A stretch of DNA of 64,000 bases from Pirellulales bacterium (GTDB lineage Bacteria; Planctomycetota; Planctomycetia; Pirellulales; UBA1268), in the NCBI GenBank assembly GCA_040260935.1, contig JBDQOY010000194.1:717-64716 (forward strand), in the 5' to 3' direction. Below are positions 57,087 through 64,000 of the stretch, piece by piece. Positions within the stretch are counted from its first letter, which is position 1. Each line of letters starts with the position of its first letter. Made by a program: the position numbers and the translations under genes. The notes under the pieces are model-generated. The model saw only the letters and a list, made by a program, of their open reading frames with translations, did no database searches and had not been told where the DNA came from.

Positions 57087-58112
57087 ATGAGTACGAAGTC
57101 GAAACTCGAGTACATCTGGCTCGACGGGTACAAGCCCACGCAGAGCCTGCGATCCAAGACCCGGATTGCCAAAGATTTCGGTGGCACCTTGGAAGAGTGC
57201 CCCATGTGGTGTTTTGATGGCAGCAGCACCGAGCAGGCAGCAGGTGGAGATTCGGACTGCCTGCTGAAGCCCGTGGCCATTTTTCCTGATCCGTGCCGGG
57301 CGGATGCCTACCTCGTCATGACCGAAGTGCTGAATGCCGACGGCACGCCCCACGAATCCAACGGTCGTGCGACCATCGACGATGATGATGATTTCTGGTT
57401 CGGTTTCGAGCAGGAGTATTTCCTCTGGGACATCAAGAACCACAATCCACCGGGCTTCCCCGCCGGTGGCTATCCCAAGCCGCAGGGGCCTTACTATTGC
57501 TCAGTCGGTGCCAGCAATTCCCATGGCCGCGACTGTGTCGAGGAGCATCTCGACGCCTGCCTCGAGGCAGGGCTGAACGTTGAGGGCATCAACGCGGAAG
57601 TGGCTGCTGGCCAGTGGGAGTTCCAGATTTTCGCTAAGGGCGCGAGAGAAGCTGGGGACCAGATTTGGGTTGCTCGGTACCTGCTGGAGCGGATCGGTGA
57701 GCAGTATGGCTACGCCATTGAGTGGCACCCCAAGCCACTGGGCAAGACCGACTGGAACGGCTCTGGCATGCACGCCAACTTCTCCAATGAACTGATGCGG
57801 ACCTGTGGCGACAAGGAAGTCTTCATGAGCATCTGCGAAGGGTTCGGTGGGGTCGTTGATCGTCATATCAGTGTCTATGGTGCCGATAATGACCAGCGAC
57901 TGACGGGCCAGCATGAAACCCAGCGAATTGATCAGTTCAGCTACGGTGTCTCTGATCGTGGTGCATCGATTCGGATTCCAGTCGGAACCATCGAAGATGG
58001 CTGGAAGGGTCGGCTGGAAGACCGCCGTCCTGCTTCCAACGCCGATCCCTACAAGGTGGCGGCAGCAATCATCAAGACCGTGAAGGAGGCCATCTCGGCT
58101 GCTGCAGTCTAA
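57087..58112 (+). CDS. glnII: glutamine synthetase type II
   Basis: KLEYIWLDGYKPTQSLRSKTRI..MWCFDGSSTEQAAGGDSDCLLKPVA closely follows the rhizobial GlnII N-terminus as I remember it. NAEVAAGQWEFQI is also present. The product is 341 aa. Confidence 0.9.
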   Translation: MSTKSKLEYIWLDGYKPTQSLRSKTRIAKDFGGTLEECPMWCFDGSSTEQAAGGDSDCLLKPVAIFPDPCRADAYLVMTEVLNADGTPHESNGRATIDDDDDFWFGFEQEYFLWDIKNHNPPGFPAGGYPKPQGPYYCSVGASNSHGRDCVEEHLDACLEAGLNVEGINAEVAAGQWEFQIFAKGAREAGDQIWVARYLLERIGEQYGYAIEWHPKPLGKTDWNGSGMHANFSNELMRTCGDKEVFMSICEGFGGVVDRHISVYGADNDQRLTGQHETQRIDQFSYGVSDRGASIRIPVGTIEDGWKGRLEDRRPASNADPYKVAAAIIKTVKEAISAAAV

Positions 58113-58138
58113 GGTTGTTTGAAAAGCTCAAAACGGAA

Positions 58139-58170
58139 GCCGCCCGGGGCACTGCCCCGGGCGGCTTTTG
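58139..58170. terminator. bidirectional intrinsic terminator between glnII and the kinase gene
   Basis: A perfect 12-bp GC-rich stem, GCCGCCCGGGGC-act-GCCCCGGGCGGC, is followed by TTTTG on the plus strand. An A-rich tract precedes it, which gives a T-rich tail on the minus strand. Confidence 0.8.
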
Positions 58171-58182
58171 TGGTTCCCACGT

Positions 58183-59163
58183 TCAGGAATCAAAGTCAAT
58201 TGCCCGCAGCGATTCCAGCATCTGCCGCATGGTCTGGTACCGGTCGGCAGGATTCTTGCTGATCGCTTTCATCACGACGTCGTCAAAGGCAGCGGGAATC
58301 CCCCGATCTGGCGCGGCGGCAGAGGGCGGGGGTGGATTGTCGTGGATGATATTTTCGAACGTTTCTTGGATGACACGGCCCCGAAACGGTTCGCGGAGGG
58401 CAGCCGCCTCATAGAGCACCACCCCCATGCTGAAAATATCGCTCCGTTCATCGACGGTCGCCCGATTCACATTGACCTGTTCTGGCGACATGTACAGCGG
58501 AGTCCCCGGACGATCGCCTGCCATGGTCAATGCCTGAATTGACTCCTGCTGAATCTTGGCCAGCTGCAACTGTGCTGGTTCATCATCCGGCTGCCCCCAG
58601 ACCTTGGCCACGCCCCAATCAAGCAGGATCACCTCGCCGAAGTTTCCCACCCAGATATTTTCTGGTTTCACATCACGATGGATAACGCCACGGGCATGGG
58701 CGTACATCAAGGCAAGGCCAGCGGTTGCGACAATTTCTACCCGTCGCGAGAGCGGAAACTCGGCCTCAGCTTCCGGACCATGCTGCTGTGCAACCCGGGA
58801 AAGAATCGAAAAAAAGTTCTCTCCCGAAATTCGCTTCATTGTGAAGTAGAGCCCCTGCCGATGGTCGCGGCCGATTTCATAGACCGGTACGGTGTTGGGG
58901 TGCTGGAGTTGGGCGGTGATTCGTGCCTCCCGCAGCAGCCGCCGGTTTTCTTGGCGATCCACCAGAAACTTGGTCAGCAGCGACTTCATCACGACCGTCC
59001 GGCCGGTAATCTGGTCAAAGCAGGTCCGCAGAACCGCCGAGCCCCCCCGGGCCATCTCGCGGAATCCCGTATATTTATCGATGCCTTCCGGGAGTGTTTT
59101 CGGTAGTTTGTAATCGGTGGCCGAAAGAAAGATCGGCCCTTGGCCATCAGTGGGCTGTGGCAT
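58183..59163 (-). CDS. serine/threonine protein kinase, catalytic domain only
   Basis: VVMKSL carries the VAIK-type Lys. HRDVKPENIW is present, DWGVAK replaces DFG with DWG, and MSPEQ is present. The 326-aa product has no TM helix or sensor domain. Confidence 0.85.
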   Translation of the reverse strand: MPQPTDGQGPIFLSATDYKLPKTLPEGIDKYTGFREMARGGSAVLRTCFDQITGRTVVMKSLLTKFLVDRQENRRLLREARITAQLQHPNTVPVYEIGRDHRQGLYFTMKRISGENFFSILSRVAQQHGPEAEAEFPLSRRVEIVATAGLALMYAHARGVIHRDVKPENIWVGNFGEVILLDWGVAKVWGQPDDEPAQLQLAKIQQESIQALTMAGDRPGTPLYMSPEQVNVNRATVDERSDIFSMGVVLYEAAALREPFRGRVIQETFENIIHDNPPPPSAAAPDRGIPAAFDDVVMKAISKNPADRYQTMRQMLESLRAIDFDS

Positions 59164-59303
59164 GAATCACTCCTTTTGCCGCCTCATTTGGTGAGCCTGT
59201 CACCCGGTATGATCCGGTCATTATTGCGATTGGAAAGGATATCCACTGCGAGTCCGGCGACCGGTGTGTCCTATTGAGCTCAGCGTGTTGCAGTTTACCG
59301 AGC

Positions 59304-60134
59304 ATGTCGATCCACCACAGCATCAAACATCTCCTTGTCATGGCCACTCTGTCTCAGGCGTGCCTCGCCAGTGACCCGCTGATCACTGGCCATCGAGGAG
59401 CATCGGCCACCGCCCCCGAAAACACGTTGGCTGCCTTTCGGCAGGCGTGGAGCGATGGAGCCGATGCCATTGAGGGCGACTTCCGTCTCACGGCTGATGG
59501 TGCCCTTGTCTGCATCCACGATGCCGACACCAAACGGGTGACTGGATACGACCGGGTGGTGGCCTCCTGCACGCTCGCCGAACTGAAGCAACTCGACTTC
59601 GGTGCCTGGAAGGATCGGCGGTTTCAGGGCGAGTCCTGCCCCACGTTTGCCGAGGTCTGCAGGACGCTGCCGCCGGCGGGCCGGTTCTTCGTGGAGCTCA
59701 AAGCAGGTCCGGAAATCGTTCCGCCTTTGGCAGCGGCGATCAATCGGCAGCCACCCGGGGTGGCGAAGCGACTGCTCATCATTACCTTTGATGCCGATAC
59801 GGTGCTGGCCTGCAAACAGACCTTGCCCATGGTGCCGGTTCACTGGCTCACGGCGTTTCGAAAACGGCCCAGAACTACCGGAACCTGGGAGCCGACGGCA
59901 GCTGCGATCGCCACCACGGTTCGCCGCCTGGGGGCCGATGGGGTCGGCCTGCAGGCCAATCGGCAGGTTTTGACCCAGGCATTTCTCCAGCGTCTCAAGG
60001 CCGGTGGCGTTGGGGAGTTCCATGTATGGACGGTCGATGACTCAGACGCGGCCCACTATTTTTTGACAGCAGGCGCGATGGGGATCACCACCAATCGCCC
60101 CGCTGCGGTTCGCGCCAGCCTCGGGCTTCGCTGA
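59304..60134 (+). CDS. glycerophosphodiester phosphodiesterase family protein (secreted)
   Basis: ITGHRGASATAPENTLAAFRQAW..GADAIEGDFRLTADGALVCIHD is the GDPD core. The signal peptide is MSIHHSIKHLLVMATLSQACLA, starting at ATG 59304. Confidence 0.85.
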   Translation: MSIHHSIKHLLVMATLSQACLASDPLITGHRGASATAPENTLAAFRQAWSDGADAIEGDFRLTADGALVCIHDADTKRVTGYDRVVASCTLAELKQLDFGAWKDRRFQGESCPTFAEVCRTLPPAGRFFVELKAGPEIVPPLAAAINRQPPGVAKRLLIITFDADTVLACKQTLPMVPVHWLTAFRKRPRTTGTWEPTAAAIATTVRRLGADGVGLQANRQVLTQAFLQRLKAGGVGEFHVWTVDDSDAAHYFLTAGAMGITTNRPAAVRASLGLR

Positions 60135-60141
60135 CGGCCGC

Positions 60142-60351
60142 CTACTCCTCGCCGAAGAGACCGTCTTCCCGCTGCCGGCGGCGTTCCTGCCGGCGGCGTT
60201 TTCGGCGGCGCTGCTGGGCGGCGAGTGCTCGCTGGGCAACCCGGTCCTGAGCTTTGGTGGCCTCTGCCTCCGTCGCCACTCCCATCTCGACCAGTAGGCT
60301 CAACCAGCCCGCCTCATAGGGATGCAGCCGATGTTTCCCAGGCCCACGCAT
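60142..60351 (-). CDS. hypothetical small protein with an Arg-rich C-terminus
   Basis: The 69-aa ORF has GC3-rich codons. I recognised no homology. It is convergent with the GDPD gene and lies 8 nt from its stop. Confidence 0.3.
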   Translation of the reverse strand: MRGPGKHRLHPYEAGWLSLLVEMGVATEAEATKAQDRVAQRALAAQQRRRKRRRQERRRQREDGLFGEE

Positions 60352-60449
60352 AGAAGACTCCTCGTGATGCGTCGTGGTGGCGAACGTCCCTGCCCGCCGT
60401 TTCCGTATTCAACCATCTTTCCGAGCAGATGGACAGCCTGCCGAAGGTG

Positions 60450-60656
60450 TTAGCGACGGCGGGGGACAAAAAACGCTTTCAGCAGCGGTCCGACGATCAC
60501 GTAGGCCAGCAGCATGGCAACGGTTCGAACGGCATAGATCGTGAGTAGCGTAGGTTGCTGACCCTGCAACGCGGCAGCCACCATCCAGAGGCCGAGAAAG
60601 TGTCCGGCCAGTGGGCAGATCACAAAATAGATGAGGACCAGCAGCAGAATACGCAT
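60450..60656 (-). CDS. hypothetical small membrane protein
   Basis: Two hydrophobic helices are present. GAGGTGG lies 5 nt upstream of the Met that starts MRILLLVLIYF. Confidence 0.4.
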   Translation of the reverse strand: MRILLLVLIYFVICPLAGHFLGLWMVAAALQGQQPTLLTIYAVRTVAMLLAYVIVGPLLKAFFVPRRR

Positions 60657-60782
60657 GAAGACCACCTCGCTTTCTCAGCAGCATATATAGTTTCTTGGGA
60701 GTTTGTCTGGTTCGCGATGTTTGCTCCGACGCCAGACAGTCTGCTGCGGCTGCAGCACTGCCCCAGGAGGGAGGATACCGCC

Positions 60783-61004
60783 ATGCGTCTTGGCACCAAT
60801 TTGGACCGACTTCAGCGACTGATTCATCGGCCGGTCTCGTCACGGCCCGACTGGCTGAAGCATGCTCGCGAAGATGCTGAGGAACTGCTCTGGCTCGCTC
60901 AGCGGGCCGGCGACGATCAGAATTACGATCGCCTGGAAGAACTTGAGGAAGAGGCTGCTGCCATCGCGGATCGGATTGAAGAGCGAATGGACAAGGATTG
61001 TTGA
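60783..61004 (+). CDS. hypothetical acidic helical protein (73 aa)
   Basis: A strong SD, GGAGGGAGGA, lies 8 nt upstream of ATG 60783. A clean terminator hairpin follows the gene. The upstream part of track ORF 60555-61004 lies antisense to the small membrane protein gene at 60450-60656. Confidence 0.5.
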   Translation: MRLGTNLDRLQRLIHRPVSSRPDWLKHAREDAEELLWLAQRAGDDQNYDRLEELEEEAAAIADRIEERMDKDC

Positions 61005-61017
61005 GAGGAAAAGCAGA

Positions 61018-61055
61018 GGGCCGCTCCGGCACGGCCGGGAGCGGCCCTTGTGTTG
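61018..61055. terminator. intrinsic terminator between convergent small genes
   Basis: GGGCCGCTCC-ggcacggccg-GGAGCGGCCC is a 10-bp stem, followed by TTGTGTTG. Confidence 0.7.
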
Positions 61056-61101
61056 CTTCGCTGACTTCGTGACCACTTCTCAGCGGCCACCGAGGCAGGG
61101 C

Positions 61102-61449
61102 TCAGTCATTGGTGTGCACGACATGGGGCTCACCGCACCGATCCCAGCGGATCTTGGCCTTGAAGCCGCAGCAGCAGTACTCAACGTGCGTGACGCCACT
61201 GCCGATGATCGCACAGCGGGTCGAGATTGACGGCTGCTCGCTGAGGCAGCACTCCGGCACGCAAAGGGTGACAGGCTTGGGGCAGCAGTCGCACGGGCTG
61301 CAGAGCATCAGGCAGACTTCGACCTTCGGCGGCGGCGGGCAGCAATCATCACAGCCGCGGCGGCAGAACAGCCCGGCATCGGCCGACAGACTGGAAAGAC
61401 CAGCAGCCAGCACGATGGCGGCCACGAGGAAACGACGCAGGAACGTCAT
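61102..61449 (-). CDS. secreted Cys-rich small protein (planctomycete CCPPPP / CVPxCC type)
   Basis: The signal peptide is MTFLRRFLVAAIVLAAGLSSLSADA. I count 17 Cys in about 90 mature residues (CDDCCPPPPKVEVC..CDCCPKPVTLCVPECC..YCCCG). AAGGAG lies upstream of ATG 61447-61449. Confidence 0.65.
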   Translation of the reverse strand: MTFLRRFLVAAIVLAAGLSSLSADAGLFCRRGCDDCCPPPPKVEVCLMLCSPCDCCPKPVTLCVPECCLSEQPSISTRCAIIGSGVTHVEYCCCGFKAKIRWDRCGEPHVVHTND

Positions 61450-61654
61450 GGGAGTTCTCCTTGGGGAAATAGACTGAAAGGTTTGCGGATTACGCAGAGT
61501 TTGACGCCTATTATGCCTCGTCACAGGTTCATGGCAAATCGGGGCAGAAATCAGCCAAAAGACCCCATGAAACCGGGCCCGTGCCGCTTCGTAGGGGTCC
61601 AGGGCGCATGCGTCATCGCGAACCCCTCAAGCTCCAAGCCGCTCCCGACCAGGT

Positions 61655-63070
61655 TTAGCTGGCGTCAACGTCCCAGCCTTCCCGGTAGGTCCGGCTGACA
61701 AACTGGTTCACCTCAGGCACGTTCGGGCTCTTGAGTTGGGCCGCATCCCACTCGATGCGGGTGCCCTCGGCCGCCCGCAATGCCAGATTGCCAATCAAAA
61801 TGGTTTCGGTCAGGCGACCCGCGTAGCCGAAGTTCGACATCGTGCCGGGCTCGTAGTCACCCTTGATGGTGCTGACAAACTCCCACTTCTGTCGCTGGTC
61901 CCCTCCAGCCTTGAAGGGAATCCGAGGCAGGGTCTGCGCTGGTGGCTTGAAGTTCGTGAAGTCAGCCTCGGGTAACAAAACGTATTGCGATCCATAGTCA
62001 TTCGGTGAAAACATCAGGCCTTTGCTTCCAACAAGCACCGCGCCGCTGGTCTTCCGGTCACCTTCCCGCTGCTGAGCGACTCGTTTCTGGAATGACTCGG
62101 GAAGTTGGGCAATGATCTCTTCGGATGGCAACTCACCGCCGTCGTACCAGTGGAACCGACACGGCGGCAGGCCATCCCGTTCGCCAAACTCAAAGAGCAA
62201 ATGGGAACTTTCCGGAAAAGTCTCGCCCTCAACAAGGCCAGCGTTTTTGAGGGGTGTCACTGCATCGGCATCAAAGAGTTTGAGTGCCATGATCGGCATA
62301 TTGGTCGTATGGCAGGCCATGTCACCGAGGGCCCCTGTACCGAAGTCGACCCAGCCCCGCCAATTGAATGAGTGATAGACACCCTTTTTGTATGGACGCA
62401 TTGGCGCCGGCCCAATCCAGGCATCCCAGTTAAGCCCTTCGGGAATCGGGTCTTCCCCCGCAGGCCGGCCCTTGCCCTGTGGCCAGACAGGGCGGTTCGA
62501 CCAGATGTGCACTTCAGTGACATCACCAATTGCACCACTCCGAATCACCTCCACCGCCTCCCGCAGGCCATCTTCGCTGGTGCCCTGGTTGCCCATTTGC
62601 GTGACCACGCCCATCTGCTCGGCGGTCTCCCGCATCAGTCGGGCCTCATGGATCGACCAAGTGAGTGGCTTCTGGCAGTAGACATGTTTTTTCATCCGCA
62701 TCGCCTTCAGTGCGGCCACAGCATGGGTGTGATCGGGCGTGCTGACGGTGACAATGTCGACCTTGTCGCCAAGGGCATCGAGCATTTCCCGGAAATCGGT
62801 GTACTGGGCCGCATCAGGAAACTCGCGGGCTTTCTTGTCGATCCGGGCCTGCTCAATGTCGCAGAGCCCGACAATTTTCACGCCCTGCTCGGCGATATGA
62901 CTGCAGTCGCCGCCTCCCTTGCCGCCAATGCCGATGCAGGCAGCCGTAAGCCCCTGAAGCGGCGAATCCTCTGCCCGCAGGAGCGGCCCCGTGCCCGACC
63001 AGACGCCAAGGCCCGCACCGACGGCTGACGCCGTTCCCAGAAACTTCCTTCGTGATGTCCCTGATTTCAT
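61655..63070 (-). CDS. Gfo/Idh/MocA-family oxidoreductase with a twin-arginine signal
   Basis: MKSGTSRRKFLGTASAVGAGLG is the TAT leader. The Rossmann-type CIGIGGKGG and the EKPL-equivalent QKPLT are present. AAGGA lies 9 nt upstream of ATG 63068-63070. Confidence 0.8.
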   Translation of the reverse strand: MKSGTSRRKFLGTASAVGAGLGVWSGTGPLLRAEDSPLQGLTAACIGIGGKGGGDCSHIAEQGVKIVGLCDIEQARIDKKAREFPDAAQYTDFREMLDALGDKVDIVTVSTPDHTHAVAALKAMRMKKHVYCQKPLTWSIHEARLMRETAEQMGVVTQMGNQGTSEDGLREAVEVIRSGAIGDVTEVHIWSNRPVWPQGKGRPAGEDPIPEGLNWDAWIGPAPMRPYKKGVYHSFNWRGWVDFGTGALGDMACHTTNMPIMALKLFDADAVTPLKNAGLVEGETFPESSHLLFEFGERDGLPPCRFHWYDGGELPSEEIIAQLPESFQKRVAQQREGDRKTSGAVLVGSKGLMFSPNDYGSQYVLLPEADFTNFKPPAQTLPRIPFKAGGDQRQKWEFVSTIKGDYEPGTMSNFGYAGRLTETILIGNLALRAAEGTRIEWDAAQLKSPNVPEVNQFVSRTYREGWDVDAS

Positions 63071-63343
63071 TGCAATCATTCCTTTTGAAGCACGTTCGTG
63101 GAGTTCTCAAAGGGTATTCGGGAGAAATCAGCGGACACCGCCGACCTTTCCGACATTCCACCGGCCATATACTCGCTGGACAAAAATTTTTTGAAAACGG
63201 GAAACGGTTCCTCGTCTTCTTGCCTGTGAACCAGGGCAGCACTGTTCATGTAACGAAATGTGCATGTACGACCTTGCCTTATGCCGGGTAGCGTCTATTT
63301 TCTCCTCCAACGCTGCTCGGCTGACACCCCCCCACCATTACCA

Positions 63344-64000
63344 ATGCCCATGAGCCACCCTGCCCTTCGCCTAGCCCTTTGCAGCACGACTGTAGTTGTT
63401 GCCACCGCTGTCTTGCAACCAGCGGTGGCGGTCGATCTGAGTGTGGTTGTTGAAACAGCCTCCACCATCAAATACGACGAGGCTGGAGCGATCGTTGACG
63501 TCGACCTCAGTGACCAGGCGGTTGACGACAAGGTGGTCGAGGCACTTGCCACCCTCGACAGTCTTTCTGTTCTCCGGCTCAGGCGGACGGCGATCAGCGA
63601 TGCGCAGTTGGCGAAGCTCCCTCGCCTGAACCTCCGGATGGTCGATCTCCGGAACACCAATATTTCGGATGCCGGCCTCGTGCACCTGGCGAAGATCCCG
63701 TCGCTCGTCGACATCCAGCTTGAGAAAAGCAAAGTCACCGACGACGGCATCGAGGCACTCAAGGATCTGACACTCAAGAGTTTCAACGTCAACTACTGCA
63801 CCAGCGTGAGTAATGAGGGGCTCGCCATCGTGGCAGCCATGCCCAGCATGGAGCAACTTCAGTTCGACTATACGTCGATTGACGATGACGGCATGGCGAT
63901 CCTTGCGGCTGCTTCCAACCTCAAGCGACTTCGCATCCGCGGCGTTGATGTCACCGGCGTCGGTATCGCTCACCTGGCCAACCTCACGAATCTCTCCCGG
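63344..64000 (+). CDS. leucine-rich-repeat protein with a signal peptide (C-terminus beyond the window)
   Basis: This gene is absent from the ORF track because it has no stop in the window. My translation reads MPMSHPALRLALCSTTVVVATAVLQPAVA.. and then repeats of about 24 aa: LRLRRTAISDAQLAKLPRL, VDLRNTNISDAGLVHLAKIPSL, LEKSKVTDDGIEALKDL. The two minus-strand ORFs here are its antisense. Confidence 0.75.
   Translation, partial: MPMSHPALRLALCSTTVVVATAVLQPAVAVDLSVVVETASTIKYDEAGAIVDVDLSDQAVDDKVVEALATLDSLSVLRLRRTAISDAQLAKLPRLNLRMVDLRNTNISDAGLVHLAKIPSLVDIQLEKSKVTDDGIEALKDLTLKSFNVNYCTSVSNEGLAIVAAMPSMEQLQFDYTSIDDDGMAILAAASNLKRLRIRGVDVTGVGIAHLANLTNLSR

Noticed and set aside
63295-63973. Two minus-strand ORFs of 165 and 200 aa at the right edge of the window.
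   Set aside because: They are antisense to an open-ended plus-strand frame encoding a signal peptide followed by regular leucine-rich repeats, which is the better-supported gene.

Overview
The window is a high-GC, gene-dense chromosomal segment that is almost certainly from a member of the Planctomycetota. The evidence is two PSCyt/DUF1553 + DUF1501 gene pairs, a DUF1559 pseudopilin with the prepilin-type motif AFTLIELLVV, a PVC-type multidomain CxxCH protein, small secreted Cys-rich proteins and TAT-signal Gfo/Idh/MocA oxidoreductases. I support about 47 protein-coding genes and 2 tRNAs (Leu-CAA, Arg-CCT). I saw no rRNA, CRISPR array, transposase or integrase. Housekeeping content includes a translationally coupled folK-panC-lgt-CDGSH operon, metF, ppdK, glnII, selO, a DEAD-box helicase and a delta-9-type desaturase. 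Many long ORFs in the track are antisense artefacts of the high GC content and were discarded, and several N-terminal ORF extensions were trimmed to internal starts. The best candidate for an undescribed system is the minus-strand four-gene operon at 27920-32983. It encodes a zinc-ribbon MotA/ExbB-type proton-channel protein with a long C-terminal helical tail. It also encodes two paralogous ExbD/TolR-like anchors, each with a long coiled-coil and polyproline spacer and both ending in VLD. The fourth gene is a lipoprotein S26 peptidase. No TonB-dependent receptor, TolB/Pal, flagellar or Zorya effector genes are nearby. Secondary leads are a ~2 kb low-GC islet of four orphan membrane-protein genes (49.6-51.5 kb), an 840-bp gene-free spacer with stem-loops and phased GTCTTC repeats (7.4-8.3 kb), a FolK fused to a degenerate kinase-like domain, and a GG-N10-GC (sigma-54-type) promoter upstream of glnII. 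All calls rest on reading the translations and the DNA by eye, and no database search was run.
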